Assembly (NCBI GenBank): GCA_031428675.1
Contig: JANOYC010000052.1
Location: 7,690 to 71,689 of the forward strand
DNA length: 64,000 nt
From: Microbacteriaceae bacterium
GTDB lineage: Bacteria; Actinomycetota; Actinomycetes; Actinomycetales; Microbacteriaceae
Direction of reading: 5' to 3'
The notes beneath the pieces were generated by a model, which worked only from the letters and a program-made list of their open reading frames with translations, was not told where the DNA came from and did not search any database. The translations under genes and the position numbers were made by a program. The first letter of the stretch is position 1. Each line of letters starts with the position of its first letter. Below, in pieces: positions 52,880 to 60,873 of the stretch.

Positions 52880-53452
52880 TTACTGATGGTCGGGGTGCGG
52901 CCAGGCCGCGGCAATGCTGTCACGCACATCGCCGAGCAAGGTGGGGATTGCTTTTGTGCCCGCGATGATGGGGAAGAAATTCGAATCGAGTGCCCACCTC
53001 GGAACGATGTGCTGGTGCAGGTGTTCGGCGATGCCGGCTCCGGCAATGCGCCCCTGGTTCATGCCGATGTTGAATCCATGGCATTTGGATGTCTCGGTCA
53101 GCACCCGCATGGCCGTTTGCGTGAGACTGCCGATTTCTGCAACCTCTTCCGGCGTTGCTTCGTCATACAGTGCGACGTGGCGGTATGGGCAGACGAGCAG
53201 GTGCCCGCTGTTGTACGGGTAGAGGTTCAGCAAGACATAGGCGTGAGTGCCGCGAGCGACGATCAGGCCCTGCTCGTCGGACATCCCGGGCGCGACGCAG
53301 AACGGGCATTCGTGCGCCTTCGGCATCTGCCCGTTCTGTATGTAGGCGATGCGGTGTGGCGTCCACAACCGTTGAAAGGCGTCGGGGATTGCGGCGAACT
53401 GCTCCGCGGACTCCGCATCGGGATAGTCGGCGCCGTCGATGTCACGCGCCAT
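52880..53452 (-). CDS. HIT family protein (Ap4A phosphorylase-like)
   Basis: 190 aa with histidine triad EHLHQHIVPRW. Sits directly downstream of thrS like the mycobacterial HIT-type Ap4A phosphorylase. Confidence 0.8.
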   Translation of the reverse strand: MARDIDGADYPDAESAEQFAAIPDAFQRLWTPHRIAYIQNGQMPKAHECPFCVAPGMSDEQGLIVARGTHAYVLLNLYPYNSGHLLVCPYRHVALYDEATPEEVAEIGSLTQTAMRVLTETSKCHGFNIGMNQGRIAGAGIAEHLHQHIVPRWALDSNFFPIIAGTKAIPTLLGDVRDSIAAAWPHPDHQ

Positions 53453-55398
53453 CAGACCTGCGCCTTGGTCGCGATCGCTTCGGTGATGCGACGGATGGCT
53501 TCGTCGATCTCGACGCCATTGTCTTGAGTGCCGTCGCGGAACCGAAAACTCACTGTCCCGGCAGCCATGTCGGATTCCCCCGCGATGAGTTGGAAGGGCA
53601 CCTTGTCTTTCGCGTGCGTGCGGATCTTCTTCTGCATCCGCTCACTCGATGCGTCGAGCGTTGCGCGAACTCCCGCCGCTTTGAGCTTCGCAACGATCTC
53701 GCCAAGGTAGTCCTCGTAGGCTTCGGCAACGGGGATGCCGACAACTTGCACCGGCGACAGCCAGACCGGGAACGCACCGGCGTAGTGCTCCGTGAGCACT
53801 CCGAAGAATCGCTCGATTGAGCCGAAGAGCGCGCGGTGGATCATGACCGGACGCTGGCGCGACCCATCGGGCGCGGTGTACTCCAGGTCGAACCGCTCGG
53901 GCAAGTTGAAGTCGAGTTGCACCGTCGACATCTGCCAGGTGCGACCGATAGCGTCGCGCGCCTGCACCGAGATCTTCGGGCCGTAGAAAGCGGCGCCGCC
54001 CGGATCAGGCACCAATTCGAGGCCGGATTCGGTGGCGACGGTGCGAAGCGTGTCGGTTGCCTCATCCCACATCGCGTCGTCGCCTACGAACTTGTCGGGG
54101 TTCTTGGTGGACAGCTCCAGGTAGAAGTCGTTCAGGCCGTAATCCCGTAGCAGGTCGAGAACGAACTGCAACGTGGTCGCAAGCTCGTCCTTCATTCGTT
54201 CTTTCGTCGTGAAGATGTGAGCGTCATCCTGCGTCATGCCGCGCACGCGCGTGAGCCCGTGGATCACTCCCGATTTCTCATTGCGATATACCGTGCCGAA
54301 CTCGAACATGCGAAGCGGCAGGTCGCGGTAGGAACGCGCGTTCGAGCGGTAGATCAGGATGTGGAACGGGCAGTTCATCGGCTTGAGGTAGTAGTTTGCG
54401 CCCTGACGGGTGATCTCTCCCTCTTCGTTGCGAGCCTCATCGAGGTGCATCGCAGGAAACATCCCGTCTTCGTACCAGTCGAGGTGCCCGGAGGTCTCGA
54501 AGAGGTGGGATTTCGTGATGTGCGGTGTGTAGACGAATTCGTAGCCGGCCTGTTCGTGCTTGAGACGCGAATAGTCCTCCATCTGGCGCCGGATGATGCC
54601 GCCTTTCGGATGGAAGACGGCGAGCCCCGAACCGATCTCGTCGGGAAAGCTGAACAAGTCGAGCTCAGAACCGAGTCGGCGATGATCGCGTTTGTGAGCC
54701 TCTTCGAGGCGTTCCAAGTATGCGCGCAGCTCGTCTTTCGTCGGCCACGCGGTGCCGTAGATGCGCTGCAGTTGCTTGTTCTTCTCCGAACCGCGCCAGT
54801 AGGCGGCTGCCACGCGCATCAGCTTCGACGCATTGCCGATCATGCGCGTGTTCGGCAAATGTGGACCGCGGCACAAATCGAACCAGATGACCTCCCCGGT
54901 CTTCGGGTCTGTGTTCTCGTACACCGTCAGTTCAGCGCCGCCTACTTCGACCGACTCGTTGTCGTCGCCGCCTTTGATGCCGATCAACTCGAGCTTGTAG
55001 GGCTCGCTTGCGAGCAACTCCCGTGCTTCGGCGTCACTGACCACGCGTCGACCGAAGCGCTGACCCTGGCGGATGATGCGGTCCATGCCCTTTTCGATCG
55101 CCTTGAGATCGTCGGGGGTGAATGGCTCGACGACGTCGAAATCGTAGTAAAAACCATCGGTGACGGGCGGGCCGATGCCGAGCTTGGCATCCGGATTTAT
55201 CTGTTGCACGGCTTGAGCGAGTACATGTGCTGCGGAGTGGCGCAGGATTGCCAATCCGTCTTCGGATCCGATGGCTACCGGCTCGACAGTGTCGTTCTCC
55301 GACACGCTCGCGGCGAGGTCTCGCAGTTCACCATTGACGCGCATCGCCACCGTGGTGCGGTCGGGAAACAGCTCGAAACCGGTCTGCGAAGTGCTCAT
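53452..55398 (-). CDS. thrS: threonine-tRNA ligase
   Basis: [12 protein letters not shown] editing-domain motif, class II core, C-terminal anticodon-binding domain. ATG at 55398 chosen; the upstream in-frame ATG at 55497 is possible. Confidence 0.95.
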   Translation of the reverse strand: MSTSQTGFELFPDRTTVAMRVNGELRDLAASVSENDTVEPVAIGSEDGLAILRHSAAHVLAQAVQQINPDAKLGIGPPVTDGFYYDFDVVEPFTPDDLKAIEKGMDRIIRQGQRFGRRVVSDAEARELLASEPYKLELIGIKGGDDNESVEVGGAELTVYENTDPKTGEVIWFDLCRGPHLPNTRMIGNASKLMRVAAAYWRGSEKNKQLQRIYGTAWPTKDELRAYLERLEEAHKRDHRRLGSELDLFSFPDEIGSGLAVFHPKGGIIRRQMEDYSRLKHEQAGYEFVYTPHITKSHLFETSGHLDWYEDGMFPAMHLDEARNEEGEITRQGANYYLKPMNCPFHILIYRSNARSYRDLPLRMFEFGTVYRNEKSGVIHGLTRVRGMTQDDAHIFTTKERMKDELATTLQFVLDLLRDYGLNDFYLELSTKNPDKFVGDDAMWDEATDTLRTVATESGLELVPDPGGAAFYGPKISVQARDAIGRTWQMSTVQLDFNLPERFDLEYTAPDGSRQRPVMIHRALFGSIERFFGVLTEHYAGAFPVWLSPVQVVGIPVAEAYEDYLGEIVAKLKAAGVRATLDASSERMQKKIRTHAKDKVPFQLIAGESDMAAGTVSFRFRDGTQDNGVEIDEAIRRITEAIATKAQV

Positions 55399-55556
55399 TC
55401 GTATAACTTTACTGCCGCGAAAGGTGGCGCTCGACGCGATCGGAGCGTAACCTGAGCCAAGCTTCAGATCCCCGCTACTCACTGCTCCCCCGGCCATGAG
55501 ACGGGGATCTTCTCTTTAATCCGCACCGGTCACTGTTCTGCCATGACACGGCGAAT

Positions 55557-55588
55557 CGCCAGCTATCCGGATAACCGGACGGCTGGCG
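55557..55588 (-). terminator. nested hairpin 16 nt downstream of the secreted-protein gene
   Basis: Structure cgccagc-ta-tccgg-ataa-ccgga-cg-gctggcg. No clear U-tract, so it may equally belong to the thrS 5' region. Confidence 0.35.
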
Positions 55589-55603
55589 ATCGCGTGTGAT
55601 GGG

Positions 55604-56020
55604 TTAGAAAACCTCGTCGGGAACCAGCTCTTCGACCACCGGAGTGGTGTGGGTGTCGTCCTCGGCGTACCCACTGGGGACATTGCAATTGTTCGCGAGG
55701 ATATTCGCGTTCTGCAGGTTGAGACCCGCGAACGTGCCGACCGCCTTGCCAACGGAATAGCTGAACGCGGGGATGATGTCGCGCTCGTCCTGGTGCTTGC
55801 TGTGCGCGTTGACGACGGCGGCCTTGTCGGTCGTGATGACAACGTAGGGGTTGGTCGTGCTGCCGGTTGCGTGGCAGTAGGTGACCTGGTTGGTGCCGTC
55901 GACCGGCTGGGACGCGGATGCGGAACCAGCCGCCCCCAACGCGCCAAGGGCGACAAATGGGATTGCTGCGATTATTGCAATGAATCGGGCGCGGGTACGC
56001 CCCTGGGTTGAATTCATCAT
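55604..56020 (-). CDS. secreted hypothetical protein (138 aa)
   Basis: ATGATG at 56020 preceded by AAGGAGAG. Sec signal peptide ending AGSASA-SQ. Mature part contains VTYCHATGSTTNPYVVITTDKAAVVNAHSKHQDERDIIPAF. ORF-track start 56509 is over-extended. Confidence 0.7.
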   Translation of the reverse strand: MMNSTQGRTRARFIAIIAAIPFVALGALGAAGSASASQPVDGTNQVTYCHATGSTTNPYVVITTDKAAVVNAHSKHQDERDIIPAFSYSVGKAVGTFAGLNLQNANILANNCNVPSGYAEDDTHTTPVVEELVPDEVF

Positions 56021-56258
56021 GAAGTGACTCTCCTTTCGGGTCAGAGAATTGCCACACCAATATTCGAGCAGTCCCCCGAAAGGCGGACAAGCAAACGCGC
56101 GCCCCCATTTGCCTGGCCTCGGCCCCCAATGAGAGGCACAAAGGCTCACCTCACGCCCCCGCGAGGGAGTGCGGCCGCCGAGGCAATCCGTCTGAGCGGC
56201 CGCTCCGAACGAAGACGGAAGGCAGAATCTCTGCCGCTCAATGACGAAGGAGTCAATC

Positions 56259-56951
56259 GTGAAACGAAATTCGGTAGTGGGGATCAGTGCCTCGGCATTG
56301 CTCATTCTTCTCGCAACGTGGGGCTCGGGTTCGGCGAGTGCGTCGCCGTCAGACAACGGCAGAGTCGTTACCCTGACCGCGCATTTGACCGAGCTGAACG
56401 GGTCCGGAGCGTCGGGTACTGCGACCGCTGTCATCCACAACAAAAAGATCAAGTCGATTGAGGTGCACGCAACGGGCCTCACCCCGGATGCTCCGCACGC
56501 CCAACACATTCATTACGGCAACCAAGCGTCAAATGAATGTCCCACGCTCGCGCACGACACCAACCCCACGGACGGACGCATCAACACGCTCGAGGGAGTG
56601 CCCGCATACGGTCCCGTCGTAGTTTCGCTGACGACCAGAGGCGACACGAGCCCGAGTAGCGTTCTGGCGGTTGACCGTTATCCTGTCGCGGTTGACGGTC
56701 GGATCGACTACAAGCGCACCAACATCAAGTTCACGGATGTGGCTGGCACTGGCTACCCCGGTCCCGGGGGCCTCGGCACCGCCCAGGAAATTGCCGATTC
56801 CATTCGTGACGGCGAAGGTGTCGTCGTGATCCATGGTCTCGACTACGACGGCAGCGAAACGTACAGCTTCAGCGCAGAAGGATCGAGCGAACTCGACTCC
56901 AGCCTCCCGGCCGAAGCCACCGACCCAGCGGCGTGCGGAGTGCTCCGTTAG
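56259..56951 (+). CDS. secreted CHRD-like domain protein
   Basis: GTG at 56259 lies 6 nt after GAAGGAG. Signal peptide ending GSGSASA-SP. LTELNGSGASGTATAV...HATGL...HAQHIHYG resembles the CHRD domain pattern (assignment from memory). Confidence 0.55.
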   Translation: MKRNSVVGISASALLILLATWGSGSASASPSDNGRVVTLTAHLTELNGSGASGTATAVIHNKKIKSIEVHATGLTPDAPHAQHIHYGNQASNECPTLAHDTNPTDGRINTLEGVPAYGPVVVSLTTRGDTSPSSVLAVDRYPVAVDGRIDYKRTNIKFTDVAGTGYPGPGGLGTAQEIADSIRDGEGVVVIHGLDYDGSETYSFSAEGSSELDSSLPAEATDPAACGVLR

Positions 56952-56975
56952 CTGAGCGTTACAGCTGTGAACTGT

Positions 56976-57013
56976 TTATGCACGCGTCGTTCTCTCGAGC
57001 GATGCGTGCATAA
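56976..57013. terminator. hairpin between convergent genes (10-bp perfect stem)
   Basis: ttatgcacgc (56976-56985) pairs with gcgtgcataa (57004-57013), between the CHRD gene stop (56951) and the GH13 stop (57024). Confidence 0.55.
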
Positions 57014-57023
57014 GCACTTTCGG

Positions 57024-58700
57024 CTAAGCGAGCCGCTTGCCGGCCCGCTCGACCACGCGCAACCACCGATATCCATACGCTTCGACGGGAATGGTGATTG
57101 AGCCATCCGAGTCACACGTGAATTCCGTGCCCCGTGAGAGTAAATCCACGAGCACTTCGTCGTCGCGAATTTCCGGCACCGAGAACGACACCGTTGCCGT
57201 TTCGCTGCTGAGATTGTGCACCGCGACCATACGGCCTTCGGTGCTCCTCAGCGAGTGGACGAGCACACCACGGGCTTTCTGAGGTATCACTTCGAAAGTG
57301 CCCCAGCCCATTTCTGGCGAAGCGCGGTACTGCTCGATGAGCAGCCTCAGGAAGTGCAGCATCGACTGCGGCGCATGACGTTGATCCGAGACGTTCACAT
57401 GCTCGGGTGAATAGCTCCCGGGGGTCACCGGGGCCGCGAGTTTCTTGGCGTCCGCGTTGGAGAATCCTCCGTTCGCGTCCCCCGTCCACTGCATTGGTGT
57501 GCGCACGGAGGTACGGTCACCGATGTTCAGGTTTTCGCCCATTCCGATCTCTTCGCCGTAGAAGAGTACTGGTGTGCCAGGCAGGGAGAACAAAAGGCTA
57601 TAAACCATCCGAATTCGGCGTGGATCTCCGGCGAGCATGGGCGGCAGCCGGCGGATGATGCCTCTGCCGTAGACCTGCATGTTCGGTTCAGGGCCGAATG
57701 CGGCAAATACTTCGTTGCGCTCGTCGTCCGTCAACTTGTCCAGTGTGAGTTCGTCGTGGTTTCGAACGAAGTTTGCCCACTGCGACTCGACAGCAATGGC
57801 GGGTCTACTCGCGAGGGCCCGCTCAAGCGGTTTCGGATCTTCCCGCGCGAGAGAAAGGTAAAGATGCTGCATGGTGATGAAATCAAATTGCATGGTGAGA
57901 CCGTTGCCGGCACGCCCACCGAAATACTCGAGTTGCTCGCTTCGCGGCAAGTTCGCCTCGCCGAGCATTATTGCCTCGCCGGAGCGTCGGCCGAGAAACG
58001 AACGGAGCGACGTCAGGAAATCCAGCGGATTATCGAGGGAGCCCTCTGGCTTCTCGACGCCTGACTGGTCGATCAGAAACGGCACAGCGTCGACGCGAAA
58101 GCCGGACACCCCCAGCTGCAGCCAGAATCCCATGATCTTTGCTACCTCATCGCGAACCTTGGGGTTTGTGACGTTGAGGTCGGGTTGGAACCGGTAGAAG
58201 TGATGCAAGTAGTACTGGCCCGTTATCTCGTCGAGTTCCCACACACTGTCTTCGACGTCGGGGAATACGGGCGCTTCTTTCTTTCGTGGCGGGTGGTCGC
58301 GCCAGACGTAGTAGTCCCGGTAGGGGTTGTCTCGGCTCGATCTTGCCTCCAGAAACCACGGGTGTTGGTCTGACGTGTGGTTGACGACGAGGTCGATGAC
58401 TACGCGAATGCCTCGATCACGAGCCATCCGCATCATTTCGACGAAATCACCGAAATTGCCCAAGCGATCGTCGATGCCGTAGAAATCGGAAATGTCGTAG
58501 CCATCGTCTTTATCCGGCGACGGATAGAACGGCATCAGCCAGAGGCACGTTATGCCAAGCTCCTGCAGGTAGTCCATGCGGTGTGCGAGACCTTCGAAGT
58601 CGCCGATGCCGTCGTCGTTCCAATCCATGAACGTCTCGACGTCGAGGCAATAAACAACGGCGGTCTTCCACCACAAATCACTCGTGTCCGTGATTCTCAC
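57024..58700 (-). CDS. GH13 alpha-amylase family enzyme, trehalose synthase (TreS)-like
   Basis: 558 aa with DGIGDFEGL, LMPFYPSPDKDDGYDISDFYG, VVNHTSDQHPWF, GFRVDAVPFL, NHDELTL and LPGTPVLFYGEEIGMG. The GTG at 58700 overlaps the upstream stop (GTGA); ORF-track start 58952 is over-extended. Confidence 0.8.
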   Translation of the reverse strand: MRITDTSDLWWKTAVVYCLDVETFMDWNDDGIGDFEGLAHRMDYLQELGITCLWLMPFYPSPDKDDGYDISDFYGIDDRLGNFGDFVEMMRMARDRGIRVVIDLVVNHTSDQHPWFLEARSSRDNPYRDYYVWRDHPPRKKEAPVFPDVEDSVWELDEITGQYYLHHFYRFQPDLNVTNPKVRDEVAKIMGFWLQLGVSGFRVDAVPFLIDQSGVEKPEGSLDNPLDFLTSLRSFLGRRSGEAIMLGEANLPRSEQLEYFGGRAGNGLTMQFDFITMQHLYLSLAREDPKPLERALASRPAIAVESQWANFVRNHDELTLDKLTDDERNEVFAAFGPEPNMQVYGRGIIRRLPPMLAGDPRRIRMVYSLLFSLPGTPVLFYGEEIGMGENLNIGDRTSVRTPMQWTGDANGGFSNADAKKLAAPVTPGSYSPEHVNVSDQRHAPQSMLHFLRLLIEQYRASPEMGWGTFEVIPQKARGVLVHSLRSTEGRMVAVHNLSSETATVSFSVPEIRDDEVLVDLLSRGTEFTCDSDGSITIPVEAYGYRWLRVVERAGKRLA

Positions 58701-59647
58701 AGTTGCCCCAACACTTTCTCGCCGTAGCCACTGATGAACTGCTGCTGTTCCTTTCCCACGTGATGCACGTAGATGTCGTCGAACCCGAGTTCGAGGTAGC
58801 GGTGCAGTGTGTCGGCGTGAGCCATGAGGTCGGATGAGGCGAACACCGAGCCGTGCATTTCGTCGGGGGTCACATGCGCTCCCGCGGCGTCGAATGCCTC
58901 CACAGAGTCCGTGTCCCAGCAGAACGGCGGAGGGAACACGTTGGTGCGCCACTGATCATGCGCGATCGCGACCGCTTCTTCGTCGGTGTGTGCGTAGCTG
59001 ACATGGAGTTGAAGAACGACGCGCCCTCGGCCGCCTCGGCTCCGATAGGCGTCGATAACCCCGCGCAGCACGTCGCGTGACTGGGCGACGGTGATCAGCC
59101 CATCTGCCCACTCGGCGGCCCAACCAGCGGTCTCGGCGCTCACTGCGGCGGCGACGAGTTTCGGAGCGACTTCAGGCATTGTCCACAGCCGCGCGCGATC
59201 GACGGTGACGAGACCATCATGACTGACCTCCTCGCCGGCGAGAAGCGCGCGGATCACGTCGACGCACTCGCGCAATCGTCGATTGCGCAGTTCTTTGCGC
59301 GGCCACCGGTCGCCGGTCACGTGTTCGTTGACGGCTTCCCCTGTGCCGAGAGCCGCCCAAAACCGACCGGGATACATCGATGCGAGGGTCGCGATTGCCT
59401 GAGCGATTATCGCCGGGTGATAGCGCTGGCCCGGCGCATTGACGATGCCGAATGAGAACGACGTTGATTGAAGTGCAGCACCAAGCCAACTCCACGCGAA
59501 CGCCGCGTGACCTTGGCGCTCACTCCACGGAGCGAAGTGGTCGGAGCACATCGCGCCATCGAATCCTGCGGCCTCCGCCAGTTGCACCGCGTTAAGGAGT
59601 GCGCTGGGGTGAATCTGCTCGTGCGAAGCGTGAAACCCTACGGCCAT
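58697..59647 (-). CDS. luciferase-like monooxygenase (LLM) family oxidoreductase, G6PD-related subgroup
   Basis: 316 aa beginning MAVGFHASHEQIHPSALL...CSDHFAPW, typical of the LLM clade related to F420-dependent glucose-6-phosphate dehydrogenase. GAGGAG RBS. Confidence 0.75.
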   Translation of the reverse strand: MAVGFHASHEQIHPSALLNAVQLAEAAGFDGAMCSDHFAPWSERQGHAAFAWSWLGAALQSTSFSFGIVNAPGQRYHPAIIAQAIATLASMYPGRFWAALGTGEAVNEHVTGDRWPRKELRNRRLRECVDVIRALLAGEEVSHDGLVTVDRARLWTMPEVAPKLVAAAVSAETAGWAAEWADGLITVAQSRDVLRGVIDAYRSRGGRGRVVLQLHVSYAHTDEEAVAIAHDQWRTNVFPPPFCWDTDSVEAFDAAGAHVTPDEMHGSVFASSDLMAHADTLHRYLELGFDDIYVHHVGKEQQQFISGYGEKVLGQL

Positions 59648-59743
59648 GTCTGCTCCTCGTCGAAGATCGAGTGAACTCTGGTTTCGACTCTAGCGAGCGG
59701 CGGGAGCGCGAATCGCATCCAGCAGTCTCGTCACGCGTGTTCG

Positions 59744-60076
59744 TTACATGCAATGCGCGATCGACAACGACTCGGTGACGTATGCAATGAGAGAGCTGTT
59801 GCTGTGACCAGTGCTGGACAGCGTCGCGGCACTGTCTCGGCTGACGGTGTCCAAAGTCGCTTGCAGCTCACGACAGTGGACCTTCGGCGTTGCGGAGTGA
59901 GCGTCGATCTGAGCCCGCAATCCTGGCGCGTAGTCGTCCCACGCGACAACCTGGCGGGTGGGTGCGGCTCGCGGAGCGGCCGCCGCTGCCTGTGCAGAGT
60001 CGAGAGCGCGGAGAATCTCTGACGGCGAACACCCGGTGAGCGCAACAAGGAGGACAGCCGCGGCTAAATACTTCAT
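59744..60076 (-). CDS. hypothetical lipoprotein
   Basis: 110 aa beginning MKYLAAAVLLVALTGC (lipobox LTGC). ATG at 60076; ORF-track start 60211 is over-extended. Confidence 0.6.
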   Translation of the reverse strand: MKYLAAAVLLVALTGCSPSEILRALDSAQAAAAAPRAAPTRQVVAWDDYAPGLRAQIDAHSATPKVHCRELQATLDTVSRDSAATLSSTGHSNSSLIAYVTESLSIAHCM

Positions 60077-60327
60077 AGTTGCTTTCTGCTTGATTGCGGA
60101 TTCAGTGTTGGAATCTTCAGAACATCGCGCCTGGAGACCCATTTTCAGCATGTCGCCTTTGGAATTCTTGGGCAACGCCCCGAAATGGGGTGTCCCCCTA
60201 AATGCGGACAAACCAATAGGTTTGGTCTCGAGGCGCTCAGGGATGTGCGCGGCGACCTTCCCCCGTGGTCACATGCCGCGCACCACCCCTGGCTCGCGTT
60301 GGCCGCACCCGCGCGGTCGGCGTTACA

Positions 60328-60371
60328 GTGTCCGGTGTCGCGATTCCCCCCTATTGCGCGACACCGGACAC
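60328..60371 (+). other. 15-bp perfect hairpin with C6 loop in non-coding DNA
   Basis: gtgtccggtgtcgcg (60328-60342) - attcccccctattg - cgcgacaccggacac (60357-60371). No credible ORF covers it. Strand is assigned from the C-rich loop only. Confidence 0.6.
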
Positions 60372-60651
60372 CTTCCCTCACCAGTGGACCTATCCTGGAA
60401 ACGTCGACGGCTCTGATCGATGATCACCCGATGAGCGATGCAGAACCCGGAGTCACTGCAATCGATGCTGCACACGCGCTCGCCGGGCTCGTGGCGGCTC
60501 ATCTTCCTCGGCCATCCAGAATTCGAGCGCATTCGCGACGTACCCGGAGCACCCGGTTTCCCGAGCGTCAGAACAGCGCTGATGGCGGCGCGGCCGCGCC
60601 ACCCGCACGGTGGGGGGTCATAAGCCTAAGCCCGCAGGGCACCATCGGTGC

Positions 60652-60681
60652 AACAAAAAACCCCCGGTCAGCCGGGGGTTT
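60652..60681 (-). terminator. rho-independent terminator following the tRNA 3' remnant
   Basis: Minus strand reads AAACCCCCGG-CUGA-CCGGGGG-UUUUUUG: 7-bp GC stem, 4-nt loop, U6 tail. Confidence 0.85.
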
Positions 60682-60684
60682 CTC

Positions 60685-60711
60685 GGTGGGCGGTACTGGG
60701 ATCGAACCAGT
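60685..60711 (-). other. tRNA 3' fragment (T-arm plus acceptor 3' strand), putative att core
   Basis: Minus strand reads ACTGG-TTCGATC-CCAGT-ACCGCCC-A-CC, a canonical T stem-loop, 7-nt acceptor strand and discriminator A. No matching 5' acceptor strand (GGGCGGT), D-arm or anticodon arm upstream, so it is not an intact tRNA. Confidence 0.7.
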
Positions 60712-60873
60712 ATCACGGTGACTGAGTGAAGGCGCGAAACTACGCGGGATTCCGGTATTTTGCCCCGGCATCTCGCGGATGTCGGTTCCCGGCGGTAGGG
60801 TTACTGGTATCCGCAGATTGACTCAAGTGGACACGAGATATTGCCCGATATTGCCCAAATGGGAGGTGAAACC

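Noticed and set aside
54217-55455. 412-aa plus-strand ORF
   Set aside because: It is antisense to thrS. A shadow frame.
60185-60721. 178-aa plus ORF, and the nested 61-aa ORF at 60438-60623, in the non-coding gap
   Set aside because: Pro/Arg/Ser-rich composition with no RBS. It runs through the terminator hairpin and the tRNA fragment. Treated as non-coding, though a decayed pseudogene cannot be excluded.
60685-60765. Intact tRNA gene next to the integrase
   Set aside because: Only the T-arm, acceptor 3' strand and discriminator are present. No complementary GGGCGGT 5' acceptor strand, D-arm or foldable anticodon arm exists in the following 80 nt of the minus strand.
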